Source: Hydrolagus colliei (lineage: Eukaryota). From it: 63,855 nt of DNA. This document shows positions 40,540-54,354 of this stretch, piece after piece. Position 1 is the first letter of the stretch, and every line of letters starts with the position of its first letter. The translations under genes and the position numbers were made by a program. The DNA lies in assembly GCA_035084275.1 (NCBI GenBank), contig CM068769.1, positions 1,612,146 to 1,676,000 on the forward strand, read 5' to 3'. The notes under the pieces were generated by a model. That model was given only the letters and a program-made list of their open reading frames with translations. It was not told the origin of the DNA and ran no database searches.

Positions 40540-41319
40540 GTGCGCCTAAAGGCACAGTAATACACTGCGCTGTCAGATACCAGCAGCTCAGAGATGGATA
40601 ACATGATGGAAGAACTAGATTTCTGTAGGTGCGCAGGGAAACGGTTTCCAAATCCAGTGCCTTTGACTGGATCATTAGTCCAAGATTTACTCAGGACTAT
40701 AAACTCTGGGCGTTTGTCTGGGTACTGTCTGTACCAGTAGAGATAGTAACTGCTAGCAGTCGTGGGGTGTGTGCAAACCAAATCGACAATATCTCCTTCT
40801 TGCTTAATCTCGGTAGCTTTCTGGTTGACAGAATCGGCGTCACAGAGTTCTGCAATATAGCAAGGAAATAACAGCTAAACATTCATAGAATCATAGAATC
40901 TTATGGCACAATGGGAGGCCATTCGGCCAATCGAGTCTGTGCCGGCTCTTTGAAGAGAGCAATTCTATCACAATCCCCAGCTCTCTCTCCCGATAACTGT
41001 ACAAAACTGTCCTCCACAAATAAACGTCTCCATCTCTTATAAAATATGCATCAGCCTCTCCCACCATTTCAGGCAATGCATTCAAGATCCCAACAACGGG
41101 ATGAATGAAAAAACGTTTCCTCAACTTCCCTCTAATTCTTTAGAAACTATTAGAGCATCTCGATTGCGGAATGATTTCTCTGTCCACTCAGCTACAGGTC
41201 TCCCTCCAACAATTGTTGTTGAAATGGAGCTGACAATCAGCAGCGACACTGAATTAGCTCAAGACGACCTCACCTGCTGTAAAGGTTTCCAGCACTAGAC
41301 AGAAAACAAACAGCCTCAT
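40540..41319 (-). CDS. TCR alpha/delta V gene 5, open frame. Leader 41319-41274, V exon 40849-40540.
   Basis: Leader MRLFVFCLVLETFTA + gtgag, then ELCDADSVNQK...LVCTHP...LYWYRQYP...DSAVYYCAFRR. RSS CACTGTG-23-ACAAAAACT at 40539-40501. The intron holds a CR1 3' fragment (~40883-41150). Confidence 0.92.
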
Positions 41320-42296
41320 TGCTCCTTCTCAGCCTTTGCGGTTGTGTCTGTGACATCAGTTTGCTGGGAACCATCCGCAATATTCGTCACTGGCAAATCC
41401 CACAGTCCCACGTCACATCATTGTCATCTAACACTTGCTTCAACAATAGGAACCGATTGGTTTAACACAGCGCAATACGCAATTGACTGAGTGTATGGCT
41501 GTGGGGGGGTGGAGAATTGGGGTGAGGGGGTGCTGGAGGGCAGGGAATCCTCATACACAGCTCTAATGCACGATGGCATCTCAGAGCTCTTCTCAATGAC
41601 AGATCCTGCGCCCGTGCGAGGGACTGGAGTCGAAAAGTAACCAAACGCTCGGTCAAAGAAACATCTTCATCTGATTCCCCAAATTAGTAAGAGAGGGAAG
41701 AGGTGAAGCGGTTCCTGGGACTCGAGGCGAAGCGGCTGACGGCACGGCCGCCGACGGAGGAGCGGATGATTTACGGGACAAGGAGCAGGCCAGAAACGTA
41801 GGAGTCAAGGCAACAGTTGCTGTGTTGGGGAGAGAGGTGGGTCAGAGAGGCAGGGGAAGTGGATGCAGAAGAGTGTAGTGACTTGAAAACTGGAGTGAGG
41901 ATCTTGAAATCGATGCTCTCCGATACAGAGAGCGAGTGAAGTCTGGCAAGCACTGGGGTAATCTAAAGGAAATGCAAGAATTATTATTTTACTATTATTA
42001 CTATTATCATTATTATTATTATTAATCCCACACACAAGTGCCGTTTGTGTTGACGATCGAGATAATGCAGGGAGACTGGAGAGAGGCTGGCCAAAACAGA
42101 ATGTTGGGTATATTTCTGACTTCCACTTCAAATTTCGCAAAGCAGTGTCTCACAAACAGTCCTTGAATCTGTGACCTAATTAATAATTCGCTTCTCTACA
42201 TATTGGCTTTCTTTTACACTTTAGTTTACCTAATTTTGAATGTAATATCACCACCGCCACAGGAATGTGCTCTGCCAATCGACTAACAAATATTGA

Positions 42297-42585
42297 GCCT
42301 GTAGCTCAATGGTAAGAGCATTAGCCTTACAAGTGAGAGACCTGTGTTCTTTTCAGGCTGGGCAAAAGCATGTGCAGTATACATTATTGTACACACCTGA
42401 GAAAAATCCATTATAAAAAATGATCATTTCAATCCACGACTGTTTGGGGGACACTGCTTTGTGAAATGGGCCACAGAATATCTCCCACAAATATACAGTC
42501 ACTTAACAGTCTATACTGTAAAGTGCTTTATGACAACTGGATGTCGTGAAAAGCGCTACAGAAAATGCAAGAATTACTGTTATTT
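42297..42585 (+). mobile_element. Complete tRNA-headed SINE
   Basis: gcctgtagctcaatggtaagagcattagccttacaag head, followed by the conserved core and tail. Confidence 0.8.
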
Positions 42586-45097
42586 TCATTGTTAAATTGA
42601 TTCCTCCTTGGTGCTAGTTAAACAGAGGTTTCTGCAGGAATTAAACTGACTCGTGGTTTCACCCACCCAGGAACCATATCCAGCTCTGCTCGGTTTCGAG
42701 GCTTGTGTTGTTATTATTTAGCTATAGAACTCCAGGGTATTTGCTGTACAACGCAGTAACGCGGCTTCATATTGATGTGAATGTTGCTATAAAGGTTTGT
42801 TGTATTGTATGATTATATAGCGCCATCTAGCTTCATTTCAGGCAAGTGTCAGTTGATGGGTTGTGTGATGATGATCTGATTTAGATTTACCCATATATCC
42901 AATGGGACAATTAGTACACCATCAATATTCTTCTCGAAATCTCCCTGTTGAACAAGTCCTTGCAAAAGCTTTCCACCACTTCGAGGTATATACACATATA
43001 TCTCCCATCACAGGACATCCACAACCGCCCCGCCCCACACTCGCACCCGCAACACCCCCGCCATCCCCCACCAAGAGAAGCACCCATCTCCCCAGCTCAT
43101 ACCCTAACTCCCTCCCTCTCCAAACCCTCCAATACTACTTACCATCAGTGGACAGGCATTCAGTCTCTCTCCTACCGCTCTCTTGAATTACATCCCAGAG
43201 TCATTTCGCTACCCTTTCTCGCTTGACAAACTACGCCCGGTCTCAACACCCTCCTCTTCGATCTTGCCTGCTGCTGCCCTCCCAACTCCCTCACATCCCA
43301 CTCGAACTTTCTTTCCTACCCTTCCAAATCTCTCCCCTCCGCTTCCAACTCTCTGCCCCTCTCCTGCCAAATCTAGACTTTTCCTCTCCCAAATCTCTAC
43401 CCCTCCATTCCCAACACTCTCCGTCGATGCCAGCAATCTACCTCCCGCCCAAATCTCTCCCTCTCCTCCCAACACTCTCCCCATCTTCCACAATCTCTCA
43501 TTCCCCTTCCAACTCTCTCCCTTCCCTGCCAGCTGTCCACCACCGCATTTGGATGTACTCCCATCGTCAAATGCGCTATATCAATTTAATTTTGTCTTTG
43601 TCGTTGCATGACATGACAATGATAATAACATTACTGCTTCTGTTAGTTGGAGCACCATATCACGTATTTCATTTGAACCACAATATAATATAGTATACTT
43701 GTGATTCACTACATTTTGTCTAGCAATGCGGCAACGAACAGACTACATTAGTGTTCCACAAGTAGTCTTGGATATGGTGACTAACGCTTTTGTAAGGGAA
43801 TGACAAATCTTGCATTTGATATAACGCTTTTCACGTCTAATCGACGACTCAAAGCGCTTCACAGAATATACAGTCAGGTGAATTGACGACATCTTTGTGG
43901 GCGACACGCGGCAGCCACTTTTGCACAGTAGTGTCGCACAATTAGTCGTGGGTTGAAATGACCAATTTAATTATTGTGGTTGTTAACTAGTTATTAAGTC
44001 TACCTGAAAAGAAATGCATAGTTTCACTACCAACAGGCGGCCAATTTATTCCTTGTTAAACAGAGTAATTTGGAAGATGGAAACATGCCGAAAGTTTCTC
44101 CTTGACGGTTATCAAAATAGGTGTCCTCTCTACGGAATCTTTGTTCCACAAATATACAGTCAATTCGTTTTATGGTGTGTAATATGGGAAGTGAGTCAAG
44201 TCGACGGTAAGATGTGAAACGCGCTACATCAAATGAAAGCATTATTCTTACATTATTATAACTTTGTCTCACATTCCATTCTACACAGATGGAGCTTGAC
44301 TTGTTCAGTTCAAGCGATATCAGTATTTGTTTCCGTTTAAATTATGTTTCACTCACAAAACATTAAACTCAACACAATATGTCGTTGCGTATAATCAACA
44401 TCCATTGGGATTACTGGCTCGAAATTATTTTGCCAAAAAGCAAATCCATTGAGAAAGTGAGACATCTCAATAAAGCTGCACATGATACAGTGTGATATCT
44501 AAAAGAGGGACATCTAGAAGTTCTGGACAAGATATAGTGTGATGTGTGCTGACAGTTTCTGTCTGTCAACTCGCTGTTAACTCACTTTACAGTATATTGA
44601 CTGACACACGTTGTGACGTCCAGCAACATCAACAACAAAATTACAGTTGTACGGCGTCTTTGACATCAGGAGAATGTCCCACGACGCTGCCTAGTTACTG
44701 CTACGGACCCGAGCTGAGGAGAGGTGGGGATGTGGGGAGGTGGGGGACTGTGGTGGAGGAGTTCCGATGGATCCATCGAAGAGGAGAGTCCTGGGGCGAG
44801 ACTCGAGGAAGGCCAGGTAGATATGATAATGCGTCCATAACCGAAATTAAAGATGGTTATTGCTAATCTTTCTTCCACTCTTCTCCTATACATTATATCA
44901 CTTGTTCGCCTGTGGTTGGAAATGGAGTCACGTGTTTTCTCTGAGACTCACAGCAACAAATGTAGGAAACGTCAAATAGGTCAACCGTCAGGAATGCCAT
45001 CTGTGCTGTGATTAAACCCATTAACTCCCTTTGCAGGTTTATGTTCGGTGGTGTAGAGTGTTTTTGTACGAGTCTCAGGCTGGTTCGCATCATTGTG

Positions 45098-46170
45098 TGG
45101 ACAGAGAGCACAGTAATACACAGCGCTGTCAGACAGCTCCAGCTGGGAGATAGTTAAACTGCTGAGTTTTGTCGTTGTCTGGAGTTCCATAGAGAATCTT
45201 TTATCAATAAAATCTGCTCTGTATGCACTCCCACTGGAATACATCATGAGTATATACTGCGGTTGATTTCCCAACAGTTCTCGATACCATTGCAAATAAT
45301 AGCTGCTGAGAGATGTGTCATACTGACATTCCATGGTTACACTTTCTCCTTCTTTCTCGGTCAGTGGAGCCGCCTTCTGTGTCACAGAGTCCCCTTGGGC
45401 CAGGCCTGAAATACAGAAACACGCAGTCATGTAGATCAAGCGTTCGCGCTCGCTTCGCAAGCGAGAAGACCTGGGTTCGATTCCCGGGCAGGACACAATA
45501 AATCTTCAGGCAAGTGTCCTAACAAGCATGCGTTTGTTTGCGTAGCATCAACTTGAAACCCAGTTGTTTGTCGATTGGCGGATTGGGTTTACCAAGGGTA
45601 ATGATCCGTTTGAAAATACAGAAATTATTTAGTCATTCAATCAAAGACTGTTTGTGCGACACTTCTGTGAGATCATGGCATTCCCGTTTCTTCCACAGAT
45701 TACATTACTCTTTACACAATATTATTTGAAGTGATTCTAATATCTCTAACCGATGCTTGACCCAATGCGTCGATTGTTAATGTTGTTATGAACCCTTTGG
45801 CAAGTTTTCTTAATCCACACGCCTACTAATAATCCCTCAACTAATACCGTAATTAAATTGGTCATGTCAATCCACGACTGTTTGTGGGACACTGCTTGCA
45901 CAATTGGCTGCCGCGTTTCGCCCACATATATACAGGCAATTCACTTTGCAGTTTATTCTGCGAATCGCTTTGGGACGCTGATAAGATGTGAAAAGCGATT
46001 CATCAAATGCAAGGATTAGTATTATTAATAGTATTATCATAATGCAGAGTATATATACACATAAACAAATCAACGGTTTTGAAAATTGATTAAAATGACC
46101 ACTGTTACACCATATTACCTATAAAAATGGCAACCAGAGGCAGACGCCCATTGAATCTCCATATTGTCAT
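45098..46170 (-). CDS. TCR alpha/delta V gene 6, intact. Leader 46170-46119, V exon 45405-45098.
   Basis: Leader MTIWRFNGRLPLVAIFI + gtaat, then GLAQGDSVTQ...MECQY...LQWYRE...DSAVYYCALCP. RSS CACAATG-23-ACAAAAACA at 45097-45059. Confidence 0.92.
45426..45495 (+). mobile_element. tRNA-Ala-like SINE head (anticodon loop TTCGCAA) in the V6 intron
   Basis: Anticodon stem CTCGC/GCGAG, T arm CTGGG-TTCGATT-CCCGG, acceptor GTCATGT/GCAGGAC with one mismatch, and a degenerate D arm. It continues into a SINE body to ~46030. Confidence 0.75.
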
Positions 46171-47579
46171 CACTCACTGCAAAATTACGATATTATGTGT
46201 GAAGGTATTGTTGTTGATCTGCGACATACAGCTGTGAGACAGGTGACGCTTGATGGCGATGACCTCACTTCCTAATCCTGTGTCGTGGACATCAACTGAT
46301 CAGTGTGCTAGCGATGTCAATAAGTCACAGATCATCGTCTGGGTAAAGAGATAGGGGAGCGTATCTTAATTGAGTTAATTCAGTTTGGCGACAGACATAG
46401 CGGCGACACTTAATATTATTCATATGTCTGATATTTGATATTACTTCCTGTTTTAACGATGAGGCAACTTTAAGCGCTCCACACAAAACACTGTCAGGTT
46501 TAATGACTTTAGAAATTATTTGTGTGTTGTCGTATGTTATATTGAACGACTAACAGTTGAGGCACGTATGCTCGACGACATGTGGACTGGATACCAATGG
46601 ATCTGGGCTGGAATCAGAGCAAAAACCCGAAGAGTCGCGAAACGCGGCAGCCAAATTGCGCACAGTCGTGTCCCACAAACAGTCATGGCAGTGGGTTTAG
46701 GGCAAAATGGGGGCGAAAATGGCAAGGGGAGGGGTCGGGGTAGGGAGAATGAGAGCAAGACCCGAAATCTTGACTCGATTTTCTTTACTCCATAGTTGAT
46801 GCCTGGTCTGCTAATTGTTCCCAGCCATTTCTGTTTTTGTGTCAGATTTCCAGCCTCTGCAATATTTTGCGTGTTTATTCAGGCAGAATCTATTGATGGA
46901 AGTTCAGCTAGTTGGTCTCACATATTGTGTAGCTATTACTGAATATAATCGGCTACGACTTAAGCGCTCGAGACACCGTCTGGCATGAAGGACGCTATGT
47001 AGATTCAAGTTGTTGTTGTTGATCTCTTCGTTCATGTCAATTGTGGTCAGCCTCAACTGGGATTTTGGACGTATGTGGAAACCCATGACCTTGCTCAAGC
47101 ATATCCAAACCAGATAGAGCATTCAATTTATACCATCATTACTGAACGATTACTCGACAGTTATTAAGAGGCATGGGTTTGCCTCAGAGCAACGCAAATG
47201 TTGGACACGTTGATTTACTCCTCTGTTTTTGCCTCTGTTTAATCAGCAATAAAGTGCAACCATGTTGTTAGTCGATTCGCCGATCACTAATTACGGATTA
47301 ATAACCACTCAATATAGAACAATGATGGAAGCACTGAATCCATAATTGCTCATAGTACACTGCTATGCTCATTTGGCTGCTGCGTTTCGCTCAAAAAAGT
47401 TGCAGTCAATTCATATTATTGTGTATTCCGTGTTCCGTTTTGGTGGGTGCCGAAGACGTTATCAGTCGCTATTCGAAACACAAGCAATATTATTGTTGTC
47501 ATCAATTCTGCGAGACGTCTCAAACGACTTCGCAAAATACAATGTAATGCGCATCGACAATATCAGTTTTAAACCCTAG

Positions 47580-49107
47580 GTTACTAAGTGAGGCACGGTA
47601 GCAAATAGCAGGGACTCTGGCCACGATCTTTCAATCTTCCTTGGACACAGGGGTCGTGCCAGATGCCAGCAGGATAGCTAATGTTACTCCCTTGTACAAA
47701 ATGGGGCAGAAGGACAAGCCAGATAAGTACAGACCAGTCAGTCTAACGTCGGTAGTGGACAAACTTCCAGAGTCCATAATCAGGGACAAGGTAGATCTTC
47801 ACTCAGAAAGATATAGGCTAATAAAGGACAGTCAACATGGATTTGTTAAATGCAAATCTTGCCTTACAAATCTGATAGAATTTTTTGATGAGGTAACGGA
47901 ATGGGTCGATAATGGTGGCGCAGTTGATGTAGTTTACATGGACTTTCAAAAGGCATTTGACAAAGTGCCACATGAGACACTTATTATGAAATTAAAGGCC
48001 TATGGCGTAAAAGGGACAGTGGCAGCGTGGATCCACAACTGGCTGCGAGACAGAAAGCAGAGAGTTGTAGTGAGCGGCTGTTTTTCAGATTGGAGGGAAG
48101 TGAGCAGTGGTGTGTCACAGGGATCAGTTTTGCGACCATTGCTGTTTGTAATCTGCATCAATGATCTGGACTTGGGTGTACGGAGTACAGTTTCCAAGTT
48201 TGCAGATGACACTAAGTTAGGGAGAATAGTAAATAGTGAGGAGGATAGTAGCCATCTGCAAGAGGATATAGACAAATTGGTAAAGTGGGCAGACACATGG
48301 CAGATGAAGTTTAATGCAGAGAAGTGTGAGGTGATGCATTTTGGGAGAACAAATGAAGGGAGGCAATATAGGCTATATAGTACAATTTTAAATGGTGTGA
48401 AGGAACTGGGGATTTGTGTTAGTGACTCGTTGAAGGTGGCAGGACAGGTAGACAAGGCTGTTAAGAAGGCTTATGGGATACTCGGCTATATAAATAGGGG
48501 TATAGAGTACAAAAGTCAGGAAATGCTGACTAACCTCTATAAGACTTTGGTGAGGCCTCAGCTGGAATACTGTGTTCAATTCTGGTCACCACACTACAGA
48601 AAGGATGTGAAGGCATTGGAAAGGGTACAACGAAGATTTACTAGGATGGTGCCAGGATTGAGGGACTTCAGCTATGAGGAGAGGCTAGATAGGCTAGGGT
48701 TATTCTCTCTGGAGCAGTGAAGATTGAGGGGAGACCTAATAGAGGTTTATAAGATCATGAGCGGTTTCGACAGGGCAAATAGAGAAAAACTATTTCCACT
48801 CGTGGGTGAATCTGTGACTCGTGGTCACGGATTTAAAATAGTTTCAAGGCGAAGTAGAGGGGAGCTGAGGAGAAGTTTTTTTCACTCAGAGAGTTGTTCG
48901 AATCTGGAATGCATTGCCTGAAAAGGTGGTGGAGGCTGATTCGATAACAACTTTTAAAAGGGAATTAGATCTTTATTTAGGGAGAACAGATCTATTGGGC
49001 TATGGGGAGCGGGCAGGGCAGTGGGATTGAATCGCTCTTTGCAAAGAGCCGGCACAGACTCCTTTTGTGCCGTAAAATTCTATGAATCTATGAAACTATG
49101 AATCTAT
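47580..49107 (+). mobile_element. CR1 LINE copy 3 (5'-truncated RT and 3' tail)
   Basis: ORF 47641-48720 (YMDFQKAFDKV, FADDTKL), premature TGA at 48718-48720, and (ctatgaat)n tail. Confidence 0.95.
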
Positions 49108-49144
49108 AAAGTGGTGTGAAGTCAGAAAATCTACATGGTGCATT

Positions 49145-49162
49145 GTCGCCCTCTAGTGGCCA
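49145..49162 (-). promoter_or_regulatory. Candidate CTCF-binding element
   Basis: The minus strand reads TGGCCACTAGAGGGCGAC, close to the CTCF consensus TGGCCACCAGGGGGCGC. Confidence 0.7.
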
Positions 49163-51360
49163 GTATGTGAAAATTCAACTCTATCATAATATTTGATGCA
49201 AAACTTGAAATAATGCAATAATTGAAACAATAATATTGTGTAGTTGCCCGTGTCTCATGCCAGCTCAGAATAAGTAAAGTAGTAGCCTGTATATTTGTTG
49301 GACGAAAGTCGGCAGCCAATTGTGTAGACTACTGACAAGCAAAGTGTAAGGGATGGAGTGAGCATTTATTATTTTTTATTTTGTGGCGAATTCTCTACTC
49401 TGGAAATACTAGTCGACGTAGACATGGATTCCGGCTTCCAGCTAGACACACCGAACAATGAGGTGTAAGACAATTGGGTCAACGTTTCTTCTAATCAGAG
49501 ACGCAAGTCTCGGTCCCATTATTGAGGTGAAAGGGGCAGAGTTCGCCTTCAGATTGGAGAGAGCGAAGAGGTTGACGTAGATTTAATGTTTTAGAGCACA
49601 CAAATTGGGAGAAAGTATAGCACGGAGGACTTTGAAACTAATAAGGAGGATTTCGAATTCTGGGGAATGGGTAAGCAAAAGAGCGAGCGAGTTTCCAATG
49701 CTAGGTTTATGGAAATTGATGTGTGGAAAAACATCAGCTGTAGAGTTCTGAATGAATCACATTTTGTGCACGAAATTGTTCGGAAGGCCGACACCCATTG
49801 AGTTAACAGAGCTGTAAATTCAAGTGATGAACACGTGGGCGTAATGTAAGAAATCTAAACTAATTATTCGTTTTATTATATTAGCAAACCCCAATCAATT
49901 AATAGCAACTGGACATGCAGCGAATAATTATTGTCTGCATTTATCGTGCAGGTAATGAATATCTGACGTGATTCAGGGAGGTGAATGTGGACTCATCTGT
50001 GGCTTCCTTTGGCTACCTGCAGCTCACAGGGCACGAAGACTTTATCAAGCATCCAGTTGGTATTCAACCAGTGGATCAACCCATGTAAAACGCGTAGGCA
50101 GTTTCTGTGAGAATTGCTACGACATCTGTCACTGTGGTGAGTTTACAACAACAACAAAAACAACGTTACATTTGTAAAGCGACTTTCACGTCAGGAGGAC
50201 GTCCCCAGGCGCTTGACAGTAATTGGTTCAGATCCGAACTGAGGAAAGGTTGAGTGGGGGGTGGAGATGCCGATTGGTTCTTCGAAGAGGAGAGTCTTCA
50301 GGCGGATTCTTGAACGACGCCAGGGAGGGGGCGACGGTTGTGCCTGAGAAATGGAGTTCCAGTGTTTGGATGGCAGAGTGGCTGACGGCTAGCCCGCCAA
50401 TGCTTGTGCGGATGGGGCATGGGTGGTGGAGCAGATCAGAGCCATCTGAGTGGATGCGTCGGGCAGTTTGGTTGTGGGATAGCAGGTCAGGGACGTAGGG
50501 TGGTGCGAGATTTTAGGGGACTTTAAATGCCACAGTGTTTCGCAGCAGTGGATCAGAGATAACCAAACTAAGTGTTGGAAGTATCAGAGATGTATAACTG
50601 AGCACAGAAACAATTTCGAGATCCCATGGCATTAACTTGATTGTTTCCCCGCAGAATATCCACGAATTGTAAATTCCTGCAACTTTTCTCGCTACCAAAA
50701 GAGATTTTAAAAGCTAACAGGAGTAGAATAAAAAATATTAGTAGTAACACCAAATATTATCCTCTCCAGAAAGAAACGCAATAATCAAATTGGTCATTTA
50801 AATCCGTGACAGTCTGTGGGACGCTGCTGTGCAAAACTGGCTGCTGCGTTTCACCCACAAATTTAGTCATCAAACTACACAATACTTTATGTGAAGCGCG
50901 TTTTGACGTTACAGAAGACGTGAAAACCGCTATGACAAATGCAAGAAATATTACTACCATGTCTGCGTTAACAGTCATGGCACGGCTAACGAAAATTATT
51001 TTCCAGAGCGTATGTTTAAGGGAGTTGACTCAATAGTCTTGTTGTACAACATGCGAGCATTGTCTCAAAAACGAAGATTCTTGGTGCAATTATTAACTCG
51101 GAAAAAAAGCAGCAAAGTTTTGTTATTCTGTATTATTCACCTACAAAATGTACATTCAAGTCACTTTAAGTAGATACTTTGCAGCCCTTTGGGACGTTTC
51201 TGGAAGTCATAGGCAGTATATTAAATACAAGTATAATTACCGTTTTATAAATGCGGATTACTTTTCTCTTTCGTTTGACACAACGGCGCCTCTTGTGGTT
51301 TCACTGCATTGGTACAGTTGACGTATTTGTACGATGCCCCCATGCCATGCCTACAAGGTG

Positions 51361-52589
51361 GGAAGCTTGGCGTAGTAATAGAGGGCACTGTCATCGATCA
51401 GGACGGTGTCAATTCTCAGTTCAAAATATTCTCTTATTCTATGGACGGTGGAGTGAAACCAAGATGGAAAGTCAGGATTCCTGTCATCCTTCCCTGCAAT
51501 GGGAGACAGTATGTAGACGGCAGCGTTCCTTGATGCGTACCAGAAGAGGCTATAGGGATCATTCATTTTCTTCAAGGTGCAGGATATTGTAATGTCTTCT
51601 CCCTCTTGTATCAACAGATCAGCAATGGAGTGTTTCCCCGTGTTCTGCAGGCTGTTACCTGTGGCGAAATTGAACAGCCTAGTTGAGCCGCAATCTTGTA
51701 TTAGTTGATATCCTGCATTATATTGCTCAGAGCTCTAGTTTCTCAAGCGAGTGGACCTGGGTTCATTTCTCTGGCATGGCTAACCATAGCTAAATTACCA
51801 TGCAACCTTTGCCTCAAGCAGTAAGTAGAAATTATTTGTGTCAAGCAGTAAGTAGAAGTTTTTTCTCAGATTATCTTCCTGGAGCAATTATAACTTCAGC
51901 AATCAATCAATTGCTGCCACGCCCACAATAAAATAGATACTAACGCAGTTACTAAATCCAAGGTTATTCTTGTAAAACTGCTCTACACAGTTGGCTGTTG
52001 TGGTTCAACCCTGAGTTATACAGCCAATCCATTTCTTCAATGTAATACACTTGAAGACATTTGAGACGTCTTGAATAGGTTGAACGTCTTGACCCTGGCT
52101 CTACACTCTGGAACACCATCCCTCAATCCCTTGGCCTCGCTTCCTACCTTTCTTCCTTCAATGCCGGTCTCAAGAACTTCCTCTTCGACCTTGCCTTCTG
52201 CTCCCATCCTAGCTCTTTACCCTTTCCTACTCTCTTTCTCCCTACCCGACACTTGCCCCACCCCCACTCGGTTCCCGACTTAACGTTTCAGCACCAAGGG
52301 ACGTCCTGCCGACCTCAATGGCGCAATTTTCATATAATGTTGTTGTTTTTCTTGTGATAAAGAACGATACGATATGCAACGATTATTAACATGATACTTT
52401 TGTAAAAAGAATAAATAAGATATTACAAAATCTATTTTTTGAAATGTCTTACCGCAAAGCAAAGCGAGCGTTATTGAAAGCATAGTCCACATCTCCCACA
52501 GAATCATTGTGATCCTTTGTCTGACATTATCTCTCTAGCTCACGGCTGTTCATTCTGAATGTTGATGAAATGGAGAGACTTGCAGACAT
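51361..52589 (-). pseudogene. TCR V gene 7, defective (C104 to Tyr). V exon 51658-51361, candidate leader 52589-52544.
   Basis: QEGEDITISC...LFWYAS...DSALYYYAKL. RSS CACCTTG-23-ACAAATACG at 51360-51322. The leader candidate is 46 nt with gtgag but weakly hydrophobic. Confidence 0.8.
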
Positions 52590-52639
52590 TGCTCCTCCCA
52601 CACGGAGCCTCGCTTAACCAATCACTGCTCCGACCATGC

Positions 52640-53200
52640 AAAGTCACGCCCAGAAAGTCATTGTACCAAACACACAGAGCTCCGCCCACACAGACACTTC
52701 CCCGCCCACACAGCGCCCCGCCCATCAGTCACTGCCAAGCACACACAGAGCCCCGCCCTCTCAGACACTGCCCCGCGCACAAAGCGCCCCGTCCACTCAG
52801 TCACTGCCCCACCTACACAGAATCCAGCATACACAGCAACTTCACCGCTCACACAGAGTCCCGCCCACTCAGTCACAGCCCCGCCTACACAGAGCCACGC
52901 TCACTGAGTCGCTACCCCGCCTACACATCGTCCAGCCTACTAAGCAACTTCCCCTCCCACACAAAGCCCCGCCCACCTAAAACCTCGGCCACCCTCTCAC
53001 TGTCAGATGCAGAGACAGCCCCTCCCACCCAGATCCACGCCCACAGAATCTGCGCCGCGATCACGTAGCGCCGCCCACACAGACAGTTCCACGCCCTCAC
53101 GTAGCCCCGCCCACACAGACAAGGCTACGCCCTCACAGAACCCCGGCAACAGACTCGGTTCCTCACAGGTCCTGCCCAATAAATTGCTGCCACGCCCACA
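52640..53200. repeat. Imperfect GC-box-rich minisatellite
   Basis: Repeated cacacagagccccgcccactcagtcactgcccc-like units directly upstream of the V7 leader candidate. Confidence 0.85.
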
Positions 53201-53456
53201 ATACGTTGAGCACCTTCTGTTGTTTCCACAGACCTGACTAACACCAATTGCAGGTTTTTTGCGAAACCTCCGGTTTATTGACACTTCCTCTCTTCTCCGC
53301 TGCCCCGGGTTCTCTTTGTTTTCCTTGCCCTGTCTCCCCCCATCTCTGTCAGAGCAGCATCTACCTCGCAACACGCTACAGTTCTCACGATGCGTGGCTG
53401 ACATGAAATGCAGGCTCACATTACTTAGCTCCTCAGATATTGCCTGATTATAATTA

Positions 53457-54354
53457 TTATTAAACTGGTGGAAGTGTTGGTTTTGTATATCTGAGCAGAG
53501 AATCGATTGCCAAACCCCAATACTGTGATAAGATTACCAATCCCAGCAGAGAATAACCGAAATATAAACCCTGGTTGGCTGTTTGGGTGATGTATGTTCC
53601 AGTAAAGATAATAACTGTTTCCAGTGTTGGGATAGGGAATCTCTAAAGTTGCGGAGTCTCCTTCTTTGTGAACCACCGCAGCAGCTTTGTGACCGACAGT
53701 GTCGCCAGCCGAGAGTTCTGTAATAGAAAATGAAGAGTAGGTCAATATATTATCCACTACTTGCCTCAATTATTTTTCCATAGTTTGGGAAACTTTCCCC
53801 ACTTGAACGGTCCTATGAATAAATCATTGATTAAAAATGAAATAATTATTAATGTTGAATTATAAGTAGCGTATTTTTACGAATTTGTATCGTCTGAATT
53901 TGCAGCACAGAATATGCTGTCTAGTGAATTCCAATGTATTATTGAGTAGGAAACACGGCAGCCAATATTTTACTGCAATCAACCGTGGATTGAGTATTCA
54001 ATTATTTTTTAAATTTGTTGAAGGGTTGATTGCCCTAGGAAATCACAGCTGCCAATAGACTCAAAGTATTCGAGTGGACAATTTTTTATTAATAATCTTT
54101 TTATACAGCGAATAAAGGAACCGTATTCCTACTTTCCGCTGGTAGTCTTGCCTACAATAACCCCCCCACACCCCTACCCAAGAATCCAAATTTGTTTATC
54201 TCGCTTGTGAGTCGAGGACATTTATCACTCGACTACATTTGTCCAGTAATTGTTCAAATTTAGCTGGCAATCCGGTAGGAACAGTATCTCAGCCAAACAG
54301 CACCCCATCTGAAATAAAGGTTGCCAGCATTAGACAGACAGCAAACAGCCCCAA
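53457..54354 (-). pseudogene. TCR V pseudogene 8 (V4/V5 family), 3'-truncated
   Basis: Exon from 53717 (ELSAGDTVGHK...YYLYW...GFGNRFSA). C23 is lost, and the exon ends before C104 with no RSS. The dead leader at 54354-54309 has ATG>TTG and GT>AT. Confidence 0.85.

Noticed and set aside
45406-45496. N-terminal part of ORF 44981-45496 as a coding leader
   Set aside because: It is antisense SINE head and intron. The true leader is at 46170-46119.
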